From: Promethearchaeota archaeon
Lineage (GTDB): Archaea; Asgardarchaeota; Lokiarchaeia; Sigyniarchaeales; SOKP01
Assembly (NCBI GenBank): GCA_029838195.1
Contig: JALGVJ010000002.1
Span: 96,001-160,000 of the forward strand
DNA: 64,000 nucleotides
Direction of reading: 5' to 3'
Shown: piece after piece, positions 1-10,479 of the stretch
Layout of the letters: every line of letters starts with the position of its first letter
Position numbering within the stretch: position 1 is the stretch's first letter
Program-made: the position numbers and the translations under genes
The notes under the pieces: generated by a model
Database searches by the model: none
What the model saw: only the letters and a program-made list of their open reading frames with translations
Told to the model about the DNA's origin: nothing

Positions 1-300
1 GATAAAGGTGTAATTATAGGCCCAGAAGCTACCTTAATTAATGAAGCTCTCACTAATCGACTTAAATCTTACGCTCTTTTTACTCCCGTCTTAGAGATTC
101 CCACGCCTGAAGGAGCTGCGGCAATCATTGAAGTGTTAAATTCTATTTATGGATTAAATATTGATACTTCCAAGTTAATAGAAGAAGGAAAAGAAATTAA
201 AGCAAAAATGTTGGAACTTGCGGAGAAAGCTAAGGAATATCAAGCACAGCAATTGGGGTCAGCTAGAGAGAGTCAAGGTTACACGCAATATTATCAATGA
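1..300 (+). CDS. 3' part of PAC2-family proteasome assembly chaperone (5'-truncated by window edge)
   Basis: Frame 1 is open to TGA at 298-300: ...IIGPEATLINEA...IPTPEGAAAIIEVLNSIYGLNIDTSKLIEEGKEIKAKM...QYYQ. This resembles the archaeal PAC2/Pba C-terminus (PxPxxAxxxIExL...IDxxxLxEE). Not in the ORF track. Confidence 0.75.
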   Translation, partial: DKGVIIGPEATLINEALTNRLKSYALFTPVLEIPTPEGAAAIIEVLNSIYGLNIDTSKLIEEGKEIKAKMLELAEKAKEYQAQQLGSARESQGYTQYYQ

Positions 301-343
301 ATCTTACATGATTTTTTTTTGATTCCTAATTTCTAGTTTTTCA

Positions 344-519
344 ATTTTAATAAATCATTTATCATGTAAAAGGATAAACACATCCTTTAGGAACAAATAT
401 TTGATTTTATTTTTTTAAAATCAATGATTAAAAGATTCAAATAGAAGAAGCAGTCAAAAACGAGACCAACCAAGTATTAACTGGATGAATTATCATGTTC
501 ATTTAAATAAAAATTTATT
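344..519 (+). repeat. Imperfect direct repeat, copy 1 (copy 2 at 2741-2943)
   Basis: Shared blocks attttaataaatcatttatcatgtaaaaggataaac, tttaggaacaaatatttgatt, gattaaaagattcaaatagaag and accaaccaagtattaactggat. Confidence 0.9.
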
Positions 520-650
520 TTTTTAGTGTTTATTTCGTTCTCAACAGTGTTTTTTAAATAAGAGATGGGTTTTTTCTATATCAAATTAAAATAAATTCAT
601 AATGAATAATTTAGTTAAAGAAAGGAAAAAAAAGATTTTGAGTGAAAATT

Positions 651-1988
651 TCATTTCTTTTCCCAATCAAAATCAAGAGTTATTAATTTTTTAGTATAAA
701 TATATGCAATGATTAAAATTAAGGAACAAATCGGACCCCAAATATAATATCCAATAGGATTTTCATAACTTCCAATGGACGGTAAGGATAAAATGAAACC
801 TAAAACCATTATTCCAAATGCTTGAAATATATTTAAAAGTATGCTTGGAAATCCTTTATAAATCCCCGCTAATAATTCTCCCGTTCTTTTTTGCTCATCT
901 TCTGCAAGGTCAGGATTGTAAATTGTCGGAAAGAGATACCAACCCCCCATTATTGCTGTAATTCCGAGCACAAAAATTAATCCAAAAATTATATTTAATG
1001 GCGGACTTAATGGAATTAATCCAATTAAAGATAAGGGAAGCCATATCATTGCGTAAAGGAAAAGGAGCAAGAGAGTGGGTTTCTTTCCATTTTTTTCAAT
1101 TAATCGTCTCCATAACGAAAAGAAAAAAAGTGTTCCTAAAAGTAGAACAAGTGCGGCAATGAGATATTCTATCATACCAAATTTTAAAATAGTTTCGATA
1201 TAAATCAATAAAATTGAGCCTAGCATTATCCAAGCGAAGGAGGCTATGCCTTGCATCAAAGTCACTAGTATATAATTCTTGTGCTTTAAAATCCTTTTTA
1301 AATGTGTGATGTAATTTGATTTTATTTCATGATAAGGTTCCGTTGGTATGAGTACTACGGCAAGATAATAAAATGCTACTAAAAGAATAGCAAGAAAAAG
1401 TACAGTCCAAAGAAAATCAGATGGAATTACATCCGGATTTGCTACGATTTTCTTTCTAGCTTCTGTCAAAACAACAAATGTGAAAATAAGCATGATACCT
1501 TGTCCTATCATTTTAAAAACATTTAATATATGAGAGAGTTTCGGTCGTTCTTCTACAGAGAAAAGTTCAGGGATCCATGCACCGTGGACTGTAGAAAACC
1601 CTACAGAAAATTGAAGTGCCACGTCCCATATTAAAAGCCAAATGAAAAGAGTAGTTTCGCTTGGGTTTTTTAACACCAAATTGGGTAAAAGGACAAAGAT
1701 AAAAGCTATTGCTGTTAAAGGCGCAAAAATAAGCAAATAGGGTTTCCTTCGACCAATCCGAGTATATTTACCATCACTTATCCAACCCAAAAAAAATTGC
1801 GAGGAGGCAATCGAAAGATATCCTACACCTGTTGCTATTCCAACCAATGCGGGATTAACATTATATGCTAATGTATAAAGAAATAATATGGAAAATCCAA
1901 TAGTACCCATAACAAGGGTAGACATTATACTTGGGAAGGAGAATATTACCATTAATTTAGTTGAACCAGGTTTTTTCTCATTATTCAT
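651..1988 (-). CDS. MFS transporter, GPH/MelB-like family
   Basis: About 12 hydrophobic segments; GWISDG...TRIGRRKPY loop motif. Confidence 0.85.
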   Translation of the reverse strand: MNNEKKPGSTKLMVIFSFPSIMSTLVMGTIGFSILFLYTLAYNVNPALVGIATGVGYLSIASSQFFLGWISDGKYTRIGRRKPYLLIFAPLTAIAFIFVLLPNLVLKNPSETTLFIWLLIWDVALQFSVGFSTVHGAWIPELFSVEERPKLSHILNVFKMIGQGIMLIFTFVVLTEARKKIVANPDVIPSDFLWTVLFLAILLVAFYYLAVVLIPTEPYHEIKSNYITHLKRILKHKNYILVTLMQGIASFAWIMLGSILLIYIETILKFGMIEYLIAALVLLLGTLFFFSLWRRLIEKNGKKPTLLLLFLYAMIWLPLSLIGLIPLSPPLNIIFGLIFVLGITAIMGGWYLFPTIYNPDLAEDEQKRTGELLAGIYKGFPSILLNIFQAFGIMVLGFILSLPSIGSYENPIGYYIWGPICSLILIIAYIYTKKLITLDFDWEKK

Positions 1989-2158
1989 TTCTATCGTAAT
2001 ATTTTTTTAATTGCTTTTAAATAAGAAGAATTATTTTGCTCCAAATTTAAAGATGTGGTTTTAAAATTAAAAGAAAAAAATTACGGATCAAATTATACTT
2101 CCATGTAGGATTTAATGCTTTTTAATCATATTAATCTATTTTATCTAAACATTTATTA

Positions 2159-2662
2159 TTGAAAATAAAACCTTCCAATTTTATGAAAGAAAAATTCCCT
2201 AAAAAATTCTCAAAAAATAAATTAAGATTTTTCATCTTTTTAATATTTTTATCATTCTATACCCTTCTCTCCTTTAATTCCTTCGGTCATGGATTAAAGA
2301 AAAATCTCCGTCCAGGTCTTCTTTCGTTAGAACAGCACGAGCTGCTCTGCCGGCTGAATAGTTTTCATGGAGATCATGCGTTTTTCACAGCTGCGAATTT
2401 GAAATGGTTAGCCTTTCATGAAATACAGCGTGAATTCCATTCCAAGGAGGAATCCGGAAAGCATCCCAAAAAGAAGCGGGGGGCAAAAAGAAAAGCACGC
2501 ATTCGTTCTAAAATAGAAGCCGTCTTTGGAATCATGAAGGAAAATTATCATTTCGGTCCTACTCAGGTCCGGGGAGGGTAGATGATCAAGGACGAAATGG
2601 GTTTGAAGGTGAATGCATGGAATCTTTTCCATTTACTATCCCATGTGGAGGGGCTTTTTTAA
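2159..2662 (+). pseudogene. DDE transposase remnant (IS4/IS5/IS1182-like C-terminal part)
   Basis: RSKIEAVFGIMKENYHFGPTQVRG, then an in-frame TAG (2579-2581), then MIKDEMGLKVNAWNLFHLL. This matches the R..IE..FG..K...RG...NL transposase signature. GC is locally higher and the N-terminal part looks non-homologous. Confidence 0.65.
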
Positions 2663-2740
2663 GATCGTATCAGTTTAAGGAGATTATTTCATGAAAATTA
2701 ATAAAGAAGGATATTCATTAATTTATCAACAACCTTTTGT

Positions 2741-2943
2741 ATTTTAATAAATCATTTATCATGTAAAAGGATAAACGCATTATTTAGGAACAAATATTTG
2801 ATTCTTCTTATTTTTTTTTATAAATCATGAACTCGAACTTCTTTTAAAATAAAGGATTAAAAGATTCAAATAGAAGCAGTCAAAAATAAAACCAACCAAG
2901 TATTAACTGGATAAAAGATTATGTCATTCAAAGAAAAATTTAT
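2741..2943 (+). repeat. Imperfect direct repeat, copy 2 (upstream region and first codons of the ferredoxin gene)
   Basis: Matches 344-519, with about 30 extra nt in the middle. Confidence 0.9.
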
Positions 2944-3358
2944 CCCGGTTCAAATAGATCAAGAAGCTTGCATGCATTGCGAACGTTGTTTAAGAGCTTG
3001 CACTCAAAAAGCCATTTATTTTAAAAATAGTGTTCGTATGGTGGATTATAATAAATGTAAGGGCTGCTTAACTTGCGTGCAAGTGTGTCCGAGAAACGCC
3101 ATCCAAGTTACTTCGGCTTTTCCAAATCAAGTGATAAGCATTAAAATTGACCATGATAAATGTACTGTTTGTGGTAAATGCACGGAAAATGGGTTTTGTC
3201 CTAATCATCTTTTTTATAAAGATATTATCATCAAGGATCATGAAAAAATTGAAGGGATTCGATTCAAATTTAAGGAGATTTCACGATGTCAAAAATGCTT
3301 GCGATGTGAGGTGTCATGCCCCCAAAAAGCCATCATTCCGGTGGTCGTGAAAATATAA
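2921..3358 (+). CDS. Polyferredoxin (four predicted 4Fe-4S clusters)
   Basis: CMHCERCLRAC, CKGCLTCVQVCP, CTVCGKC...CP, CQKCLRCEVSCP. Confidence 0.92.
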   Translation: MSFKEKFIPVQIDQEACMHCERCLRACTQKAIYFKNSVRMVDYNKCKGCLTCVQVCPRNAIQVTSAFPNQVISIKIDHDKCTVCGKCTENGFCPNHLFYKDIIIKDHEKIEGIRFKFKEISRCQKCLRCEVSCPQKAIIPVVVKI

Positions 3359-3397
3359 TTATTTTTTTTCGTGCTCAGCTCAGTTCATTTCAATCTT

Positions 3398-4000
3398 TTA
3401 AACGTTTTTAAATTTCTCTTGAATTTTTTTTATAATGAGGGGTTCGATTTCTGAGAAATTTTGAAAAACATGGATCCCTTCCATTTGTTTTAATTTATTC
3501 ACGTTTTCTAATTCAATATCCCTGATTTTTAAGATGAGGGGGGAGCCATCGGGTCTTGAAGTGACAATCGGTTCGACATGCTGATCGGAAGGTAGAAGAT
3601 ATACGGTTATATTTCCCTTGATGGTTTGGGCAACGCAATTAGTAATTAAAGAATCCGCAATTCCATGTACGATTTTAGCTATGGAATTAGCAGATAAAGG
3701 GCATACTAAAAATAAATCGTATTTTCCTAATTGAAGCGGGCCGGCAAAGAAGGGATTATTTGGCGTCTTTTCCACTTTTATCTTAGTAATGACCTCCGTG
3801 AGGTATAACCATTGTTTATACCACTTTATGACTACTTCACCTTCTTTTGAGAGCATTACCGTGATGTCTATTTTTTCTTGGTAAGTTTCTTGTAATTTTT
3901 TCATGAGATCGATGGATTCTTTAATCAAATACCCTGTTCCTGTCATTCCCCACATGATTTTATAAGGAGATTTTTTATCTGTCATGATAACATTTGGCAT
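3398..4000 (-). CDS. afpA: Archaeal flavoprotein (AfpA/DmrX-related, HFCD flavoprotein fold)
   Basis: IMWGMTGTG and CPLSANSIAKIVHGIADSLITN motifs. Confidence 0.8.
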   Translation of the reverse strand: MPNVIMTDKKSPYKIMWGMTGTGYLIKESIDLMKKLQETYQEKIDITVMLSKEGEVVIKWYKQWLYLTEVITKIKVEKTPNNPFFAGPLQLGKYDLFLVCPLSANSIAKIVHGIADSLITNCVAQTIKGNITVYLLPSDQHVEPIVTSRPDGSPLILKIRDIELENVNKLKQMEGIHVFQNFSEIEPLIIKKIQEKFKNV

Positions 4001-4205
4001 GTGGAAATAGTTTTAAAATCTTGAAGCTCTAGATGAAAAGGCATTTTATTTGTCATAATTTTTTTATTCCATATAATTTTTTCTAACTAGAGATTAAGAA
4101 ATTTTGTTAATGGTGAACTCTTTTTTATAATTAAAAAGAATACTGTTGAATGAACAATCTTAACTTGAATAAAATTAAATTACTTCTTACTCATTTGAAT
4201 AAATA

Positions 4206-6704
4206 ATGAATTCAAATAATCTTTCAGAGGTTTCCATTGAAGATAAAAAAATTCCCATTGAAGAATTAGAAAAAATCGATTCTACCTTCAAGATTCGGTC
4301 ATACAAGCAACAAATTAAAAGAATTGAGAAAAAAGGAATAAAACCACAATCCATAGAAGAAGTTTTAGATGACTTTTTTAATAAAACAAGACTTATTAAA
4401 AAATCCACGAAACTAGCAATAACAAAAGTGTATTACTCTCCGAAAGATCGTATCATCATCTTAATAACTAATAAAGGCGGCGAAATCATTAGAAATAGAG
4501 ATCGATTCACGGAAAAATACGGCTGGTTTTTTTTCGTCACTAAAAAAGAATTAAAAAAGAAAAGATCAGAATTGTCAGGTGAAGAAGAAGGGAGCGAAAA
4601 AAAGAAAAAAGAACATAAAGAAATTACAGTTGGCGAATTTGAGTTTCATTTTGAAGATAAAATCATTATGATCAAGCAAAAAAAAAATATGCGCCCTTTA
4701 TATCGAACTAAAGAATACAGAAAATATATCAATTTGATTAAGAAAAAAAATATTCCCCAAGTGCCTATTTTAGAAGTTTTAAAAGATTTTTTCTATGAAT
4801 TTACAAGTATTCCAATTAAAGAAAAAAAAGCAATAGAAAAAATTAATTATTACGAGGAGGATAAAGTAATCGTTATAAAATCTTTCATTGGAGACCAAAT
4901 GTACAACCATCTAACTGAACTTGTAGAGAAGTATGGCTGGTATTTCTACATCACAGGTGTTTCGGTGGGAGAAAGCAAGATTTCCCTGGCAATTGATAAA
5001 ATCGAACGAAAATTTGAAGAAAATCATTGGCAAAACGTGTCGTTTTTGAAGGGAACATCTCTTGAGGATATTAAAATCACGCTTTATCCCATCTCTCAAG
5101 AACCCAATCATAATTGCATGATTTTACAATTTGGAACTTTTACGTTAATGTTGGATTGCGGCATTTCAGAAGAACATTTCGAATATATTAAAGATTATTT
5201 AAATAGATACCCAGAAATCTTGTCAGAAAGTGAAAATAAATTAGGAATCAATAATAATAAGATTCAATGGCAAAAAAATCAAAAATTAGACATTCAGCAA
5301 GAAAATAATTTGGAAACCCCTACTCAAATATCTCAAGGATTAGGAAATACTCTTCCTCCCGATCAAAATGAATATATTACTAATGGCGAGTTTAAAAGAC
5401 AATTAATGAAAGAAAGCTCGCACGATGCGGAGATCCCGAATTCAATGGAACAATCTTCTTTCATTCAAGCTAATTCAAGCCAGCAGGATTCTCACGAACC
5501 ACAACAATTAAACGCAGTCTATATTTCTCATAGTCATTTTGATCATGTTTCTGGCTTAAAAGATCTAATAAAAATATATCCGGATGTTCCTATTTTATGC
5601 TCAAGAATTACTCTGGATCTTTATTTATTAAGAGATTCCAATTTCTTAAAACAAGAAGATTTTTCCACGATTGAAGAAGAAGAGTATGTTAATGTGGTAA
5701 GAAATGTAATTTACGTGGAAAATGGCACGAAAATCAAATTTAAAGATGAGGATTCCTATCTTGCGTTTTTCCACGCGGGGCACATGCCCGGTGCCTTAAT
5801 GTTATTAGTTAAGATTAAAGATTTTAGGCTCTTATACACGGGAGATTATACATATTGGGATATTACTCCATTTGCAGGCACGAGACGATTTTTGGACCAG
5901 ATTTCTAAGCCTATTGACTTCTTGTTGATTGATGGAACAAGTGCATATGAAGAGTTTGGGGATCCCTACAGCCATTTTGATAGTCTCATCTTGTTTTTGG
6001 AACAAAAGGCAGAGTATGGTGACAACACGTTAATTGGGGCAGATCCTTCTTCTTTGGCCATTTCTTTCATGTTGGTTTTCTGGAGGTATTTTCGAAAACT
6101 TCAATTAAGAAGCGATTTCAAAAAAAGACCGAATATTTACGTGGATATGATGGTGAGAAAAAACATCCAAGTTATTAATCACCGTTATGAATATATCTAT
6201 GGTCCCATTTCTCGCTTGATAAAAGATAGAGCAAACCCTTTCAACAGCATCAAATTTCGATGGTTTGACAAAGATGATCTGGACTTTTTGAAGAAGAAAA
6301 ATAACATAATCATCTCTCACCCCCCGGATTTAAGCTATGGAATCATCAGGAACATAATCAATGTGATAGCAAGAAATCCTCATAACTTAATCTTTTTAGC
6401 GGGGTCCATTCAAGAAGAACCCGGATTGTCTCTCGTAGAAGGCTCAAAAAAAATCGTTTTTTCCGACACGTGGACAGTCCCTCTTCGGGCATTATTGTTG
6501 AACACGTTTGCACCTCAGATAAAAATTAAATTACACGGCGATCAAACCCAATTATTTAAAATGATTGAAATATTAGAACCGAAAAATGTGTGCTTTTTCC
6601 ACCAAAATCCTTATAAATTAAATGAAGTCGCTGAAAAAGTTAAGGATATGGGAGTAAATAAAGTGTCCATCCCACGAAAAAGAAAACTCATGATCTTAAA
6701 TTAA
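4206..6704 (+). CDS. Beta-CASP metallo-beta-lactamase nuclease with two N-terminal KH-like repeats
   Basis: MLDCG, HSHFDH, HAGHMPG, YTGD, DGT, LHGD and FFHQ motifs; duplicated N-terminal unit ending EKYGW. Confidence 0.8.
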   Translation: MNSNNLSEVSIEDKKIPIEELEKIDSTFKIRSYKQQIKRIEKKGIKPQSIEEVLDDFFNKTRLIKKSTKLAITKVYYSPKDRIIILITNKGGEIIRNRDRFTEKYGWFFFVTKKELKKKRSELSGEEEGSEKKKKEHKEITVGEFEFHFEDKIIMIKQKKNMRPLYRTKEYRKYINLIKKKNIPQVPILEVLKDFFYEFTSIPIKEKKAIEKINYYEEDKVIVIKSFIGDQMYNHLTELVEKYGWYFYITGVSVGESKISLAIDKIERKFEENHWQNVSFLKGTSLEDIKITLYPISQEPNHNCMILQFGTFTLMLDCGISEEHFEYIKDYLNRYPEILSESENKLGINNNKIQWQKNQKLDIQQENNLETPTQISQGLGNTLPPDQNEYITNGEFKRQLMKESSHDAEIPNSMEQSSFIQANSSQQDSHEPQQLNAVYISHSHFDHVSGLKDLIKIYPDVPILCSRITLDLYLLRDSNFLKQEDFSTIEEEEYVNVVRNVIYVENGTKIKFKDEDSYLAFFHAGHMPGALMLLVKIKDFRLLYTGDYTYWDITPFAGTRRFLDQISKPIDFLLIDGTSAYEEFGDPYSHFDSLILFLEQKAEYGDNTLIGADPSSLAISFMLVFWRYFRKLQLRSDFKKRPNIYVDMMVRKNIQVINHRYEYIYGPISRLIKDRANPFNSIKFRWFDKDDLDFLKKKNNIIISHPPDLSYGIIRNIINVIARNPHNLIFLAGSIQEEPGLSLVEGSKKIVFSDTWTVPLRALLLNTFAPQIKIKLHGDQTQLFKMIEILEPKNVCFFHQNPYKLNEVAEKVKDMGVNKVSIPRKRKLMILN

Positions 6705-7115
6705 ATGATGGTACGTACAATTATGAATACTAACAAAATCAAGGATTTCATTAAAAACGCAAAAAACGTGGGAGAAATCGAGAATCCTGATGGATTTGGA
6801 GAGGCAAGGCGATCCGAATTTGGTGATATTATTTACACTTACGTTAAGATAAAAAAAAATATGATTGCAGAAATTAAATTTGAAGCCTTTGGATGCCATA
6901 TTGCGTTTGCCGTAGCACAAATTATATCAGATATGGTAAAAAACATGACTTTAGAACAAGCATTAAGCTTGACGGAACAAGATTTAAACCGCGTGCTTGG
7001 TCAAGTTCCTCCAAATAAAGAAAAATGTATCTCTTTAGGGTTAGAAAGTTTAAAGAAAGCTATAAAATATTATCAAAATAATGGTAAATTCCAAATACCA
7101 AAATATAGGAATTGA
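6705..7115 (+). CDS. iscU: IscU/NifU-N-like scaffold protein, divergent
   Basis: KNVGEI...GDII...IAEIKFEAFGC...VPPNKEKC; first conserved Cys absent. Confidence 0.75.
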   Translation: MMVRTIMNTNKIKDFIKNAKNVGEIENPDGFGEARRSEFGDIIYTYVKIKKNMIAEIKFEAFGCHIAFAVAQIISDMVKNMTLEQALSLTEQDLNRVLGQVPPNKEKCISLGLESLKKAIKYYQNNGKFQIPKYRN

Positions 7116-7281
7116 ACTAAATATTCTCTCATTTTTTCATTATCCTTTATCTTAAATATTAATATTTCATGATTGATTTATTCATTTTTCTTTATATAAA
7201 TAATAATTCATAGCTCAAATTTACAATTTAAAATGAAAACATATTTTTATTTTAACTCTTATATCCTTTCAGAGATGTGAG

Positions 7282-10200
7282 GTGTTTAATATAAAAATGA
7301 CCGAAGAATCTTCAGACCAGGTGAAAATGAAGCTTAGCGGAATGACTTGTGCCTCTTGTGCTTTAAAAATTGAAACCAAACTAAAAGGTTTAAAGGGAGT
7401 TAAAAGAACCGTCGTTAATTTTGCCAATGAAGAAGCTATTGTGGAATATGATTCTAAAAAAATCAATTATGAGGATTTCAATAAAGCCATTCGTGATTTG
7501 GGGTATAAATCCAGTTTAGCAAAAATGGATTTAAAAGTCCTTAATTCAATGGCCGAAAAAGAGTTTGAAAGCTTAGTAAATAAGATAAAAACTATTGAGG
7601 GTATTCATGATGTTAGGGCAAATTATAATGCAAGCAAAGTATTTGTAGAATTCAATGAATTAAAAACAAGCGAGACCGAAATAATTAAAAACATCAAGAA
7701 ATTAAATATCGAAATTGAAAAAACAGCCAGTGCCATTGATAAAGAGATAGAACAGCATAAGAAAGAAATGAAATATAGGTTGAGAATTTTAACCATTTCC
7801 TTAATCTTGACTTTAATAATTACTCCGATTAGTTGGTTTGTTCCTGAATCTTTTAATAGAAATTTGATTCTCTTTTTCCTTGCATTGATTAATTATGCGG
7901 TAGGAGGAACATTTTTTCTAATTGGAGCCATTCGTTCATTAAAAAACAAATCTACCAATATGGATGTTTTAGTGGCTTTAGGTACTACTACTGCATTGAT
8001 CTATTCAATTTTAACCACATTTTTCATTGAAGGCTCTACGTTTTTTGAAGCCATGAGTATGATCCTAACGTTTCTTTTAATTGGGAAATATCTTGAACAT
8101 AAAACTAAAGGACAAGCATCAGATGCCATAAAGAAATTAATTGGATTACAACCAAAAACAGCTACGCTATTAAAAGATAGTAAGGAAATAGAAATTCCAA
8201 TTGAAGAGATTGAAATTGGGGATGTTCTAATAGTTCGACCAGGTGAAAAAATACCTGTGGACGGAAAAATCATAAAAGGCAGCACGAAAATAGACGAATC
8301 CATGATAACAGGGGAAAGCCAATATGTGAAAAAGAAAGAGGGTGATGAAGTAATAGGAGCTACGGTAAATCAAACGGGCCTTATCCACGTCATGGCCGAG
8401 AAAGTAGGAAAAGATACGTTATTATTTCAAATAATCGATTTTGTTAAACAAGCACAAAGCAAAAAAGCTGCAAAACAACAATTAGCAGATAAAGTTAGTA
8501 ATTATTTTGTACCCGTCGTAGTTCTTATTGCCTCGATCGCCTTTCTTTACTGGTATTTCATAGCAGGCATGGGATTAGAATTATCTTTATTAATATTTAC
8601 CTCTGTAGTTGTAATTTCCTGCCCCTGTGCGCTAGGATTGGCAATTCCCACAGCCGTGATGGTGGGAACGGGTAAAGGTGCTGAAACAGGTATTTTAATA
8701 AAAGGAGGAGATTCTCTTGAAGCCATTAATTCAATAAACACGATAGTTTTCGATAAAACAGGAACTTTAACCGTAGGGAAACCCAGAGTATCCGCCATTT
8801 TTTCAGAAAAAAAGAAACAAGGAACAGGATTTGATGATAAAGAATTGTTATACTTTGCAGGAAGTGCTGAATTAGGATCGGAACATTCTCTTGCGCGTGC
8901 GATTATCGAAGAAGCAAATCAATTAGGTCTTAATTTAAATGCGCCTAAAGAATTTGAAGCCGTTCCGGGTAAAGGAATCATTGCTACTGTAGACAGAAAA
9001 GAAATTTTAGTAGGCAACGAAAAATTAATGGAGGACCATGACATTGATACTAGCGTCTTTAAGGAAGAATTTAAGAAAATTCAAGAAGAGGGAAGAACGG
9101 CAGTTTTCGTGTCCGTAGAGAAGGTAATAAAAGGCATCTTAGGAATTTCGGATAAAATTAAAGATCAAGCTCCCTATGCTCTCGATAAATTAAGAGAAAT
9201 GAAGCTTGACCTCTACATGCTCACGGGAGATAATAAACAAACAGCCATGTCAATAGGTAAGCAATTAGGTTTTGATGAACACCATATTTTAGCAGAAGTA
9301 CTTCCTAATGATAAGGCTTTAACCATTCAAAAACTTCAAGAATCGCAAAAAGGATTAAGAGTAGCCATGGTAGGAGATGGTATTAATGATTCGCCCGCCT
9401 TGGCTCAAGCTGACGTAGGAATTGCAGTAGGTTCGGGCACGGATATCGCTATTGAAACTGCAGATATCGTGTTAATGAGAGGGGATTTGAGGAATGTCGT
9501 TTCTGCCATAAAATTGTCCAAAAAAACATACAAAAAAATGATTACTAACTTATTTTGGGCATTTATTTACAATATCATAGGCATTCCGTTGGCAGCTGGC
9601 GTGTTATATTTCTTAACAGGATATTTTTTACCTCCTTACCTCGCAGCAGTATTCATGGCGACAAGTTCTGTTTCAGTGGTGACAAACGCCCTCTTTTTAA
9701 AGCGTTATGATCCAAGAACAGAACAACAAATTGAAGAAGAAAAATTATTAATGATGGAGGAAAAAGTTATTGATCCCGTGTGCGGAATGGAGGTTGTTCC
9801 TTCTAAGGCCATTGAATATCTATATAAAGGAACTAAATATTATTTCTGTAATCCAAATTGTGAGGCGCGTTTTAGAAGTGATCCTGAAACATTTAAAAAT
9901 TTTGATAACATGAATCCCGGTTTAATGCATAAACCCTTATCAGAAACGAATTTAGTGGAAGACCCCGTATGCGGAATGAAAGGGAAGCCCAATGATTGGA
10001 TTGAATATGAGCATGAAGGAAAAAAATATTATTTTTGCAATCAGTCTTGCCTGGTCGAATTTAAAAAGAATCCGTCGAAATATATAGATAAGAAAGATGA
10101 AAAGACCGAAGAATTTTTAAAAAAGCAACATGAAAAAGAAATAATAAAAAATGAAAAAATTAAAGTTGAGGAGGAAAAGCAAGATATGGGTAAATTAAAA

Positions 10201-10353
10201 TGTTCCGTGTGTGGAGCTGAACAAGAAATTCCACAGCATTGTGGAAAGCCCATGTATGTTGAAGGTGATCAATTAGTCTGCTGGATGGGAGCATCATGTG
10301 GAGCTCAACCCATACCAGAACATTGCGGAAAGAAAATGGAAATTGTCAACTAA
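7282..10353 (+). CDS. copA: Cu+-translocating P1B-type ATPase with C-terminal 2x YHS/TRASH and a Cys/His metal-binding tail
   Basis: GMTCASC, TGES, CPC, DKTGT, GDGIND, YN and MxxSS motifs; DPVCGM...YYFC twice. Confidence 0.95.
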   Translation: MFNIKMTEESSDQVKMKLSGMTCASCALKIETKLKGLKGVKRTVVNFANEEAIVEYDSKKINYEDFNKAIRDLGYKSSLAKMDLKVLNSMAEKEFESLVNKIKTIEGIHDVRANYNASKVFVEFNELKTSETEIIKNIKKLNIEIEKTASAIDKEIEQHKKEMKYRLRILTISLILTLIITPISWFVPESFNRNLILFFLALINYAVGGTFFLIGAIRSLKNKSTNMDVLVALGTTTALIYSILTTFFIEGSTFFEAMSMILTFLLIGKYLEHKTKGQASDAIKKLIGLQPKTATLLKDSKEIEIPIEEIEIGDVLIVRPGEKIPVDGKIIKGSTKIDESMITGESQYVKKKEGDEVIGATVNQTGLIHVMAEKVGKDTLLFQIIDFVKQAQSKKAAKQQLADKVSNYFVPVVVLIASIAFLYWYFIAGMGLELSLLIFTSVVVISCPCALGLAIPTAVMVGTGKGAETGILIKGGDSLEAINSINTIVFDKTGTLTVGKPRVSAIFSEKKKQGTGFDDKELLYFAGSAELGSEHSLARAIIEEANQLGLNLNAPKEFEAVPGKGIIATVDRKEILVGNEKLMEDHDIDTSVFKEEFKKIQEEGRTAVFVSVEKVIKGILGISDKIKDQAPYALDKLREMKLDLYMLTGDNKQTAMSIGKQLGFDEHHILAEVLPNDKALTIQKLQESQKGLRVAMVGDGINDSPALAQADVGIAVGSGTDIAIETADIVLMRGDLRNVVSAIKLSKKTYKKMITNLFWAFIYNIIGIPLAAGVLYFLTGYFLPPYLAAVFMATSSVSVVTNALFLKRYDPRTEQQIEEEKLLMMEEKVIDPVCGMEVVPSKAIEYLYKGTKYYFCNPNCEARFRSDPETFKNFDNMNPGLMHKPLSETNLVEDPVCGMKGKPNDWIEYEHEGKKYYFCNQSCLVEFKKNPSKYIDKKDEKTEEFLKKQHEKEIIKNEKIKVEEEKQDMGKLKCSVCGAEQEIPQHCGKPMYVEGDQLVCWMGASCGAQPIPEHCGKKMEIVN

Positions 10354-10479
10354 TTGTTTATAATTTTTTAAAATCTTTTTTTTAATATATATCTATAAAA
10401 CTAAATTAAACCATTATTAGTCTTTTAGAAGTTCCTAATTGTTTGAAAATTAAAATAAATTAAATTAAGAAGAAAATAA

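Noticed and set aside
2579-2581. Pyrrolysine readthrough of TAG
   Set aside because: It lies in a truncated transposase fragment, and there are no pyl genes in the window.
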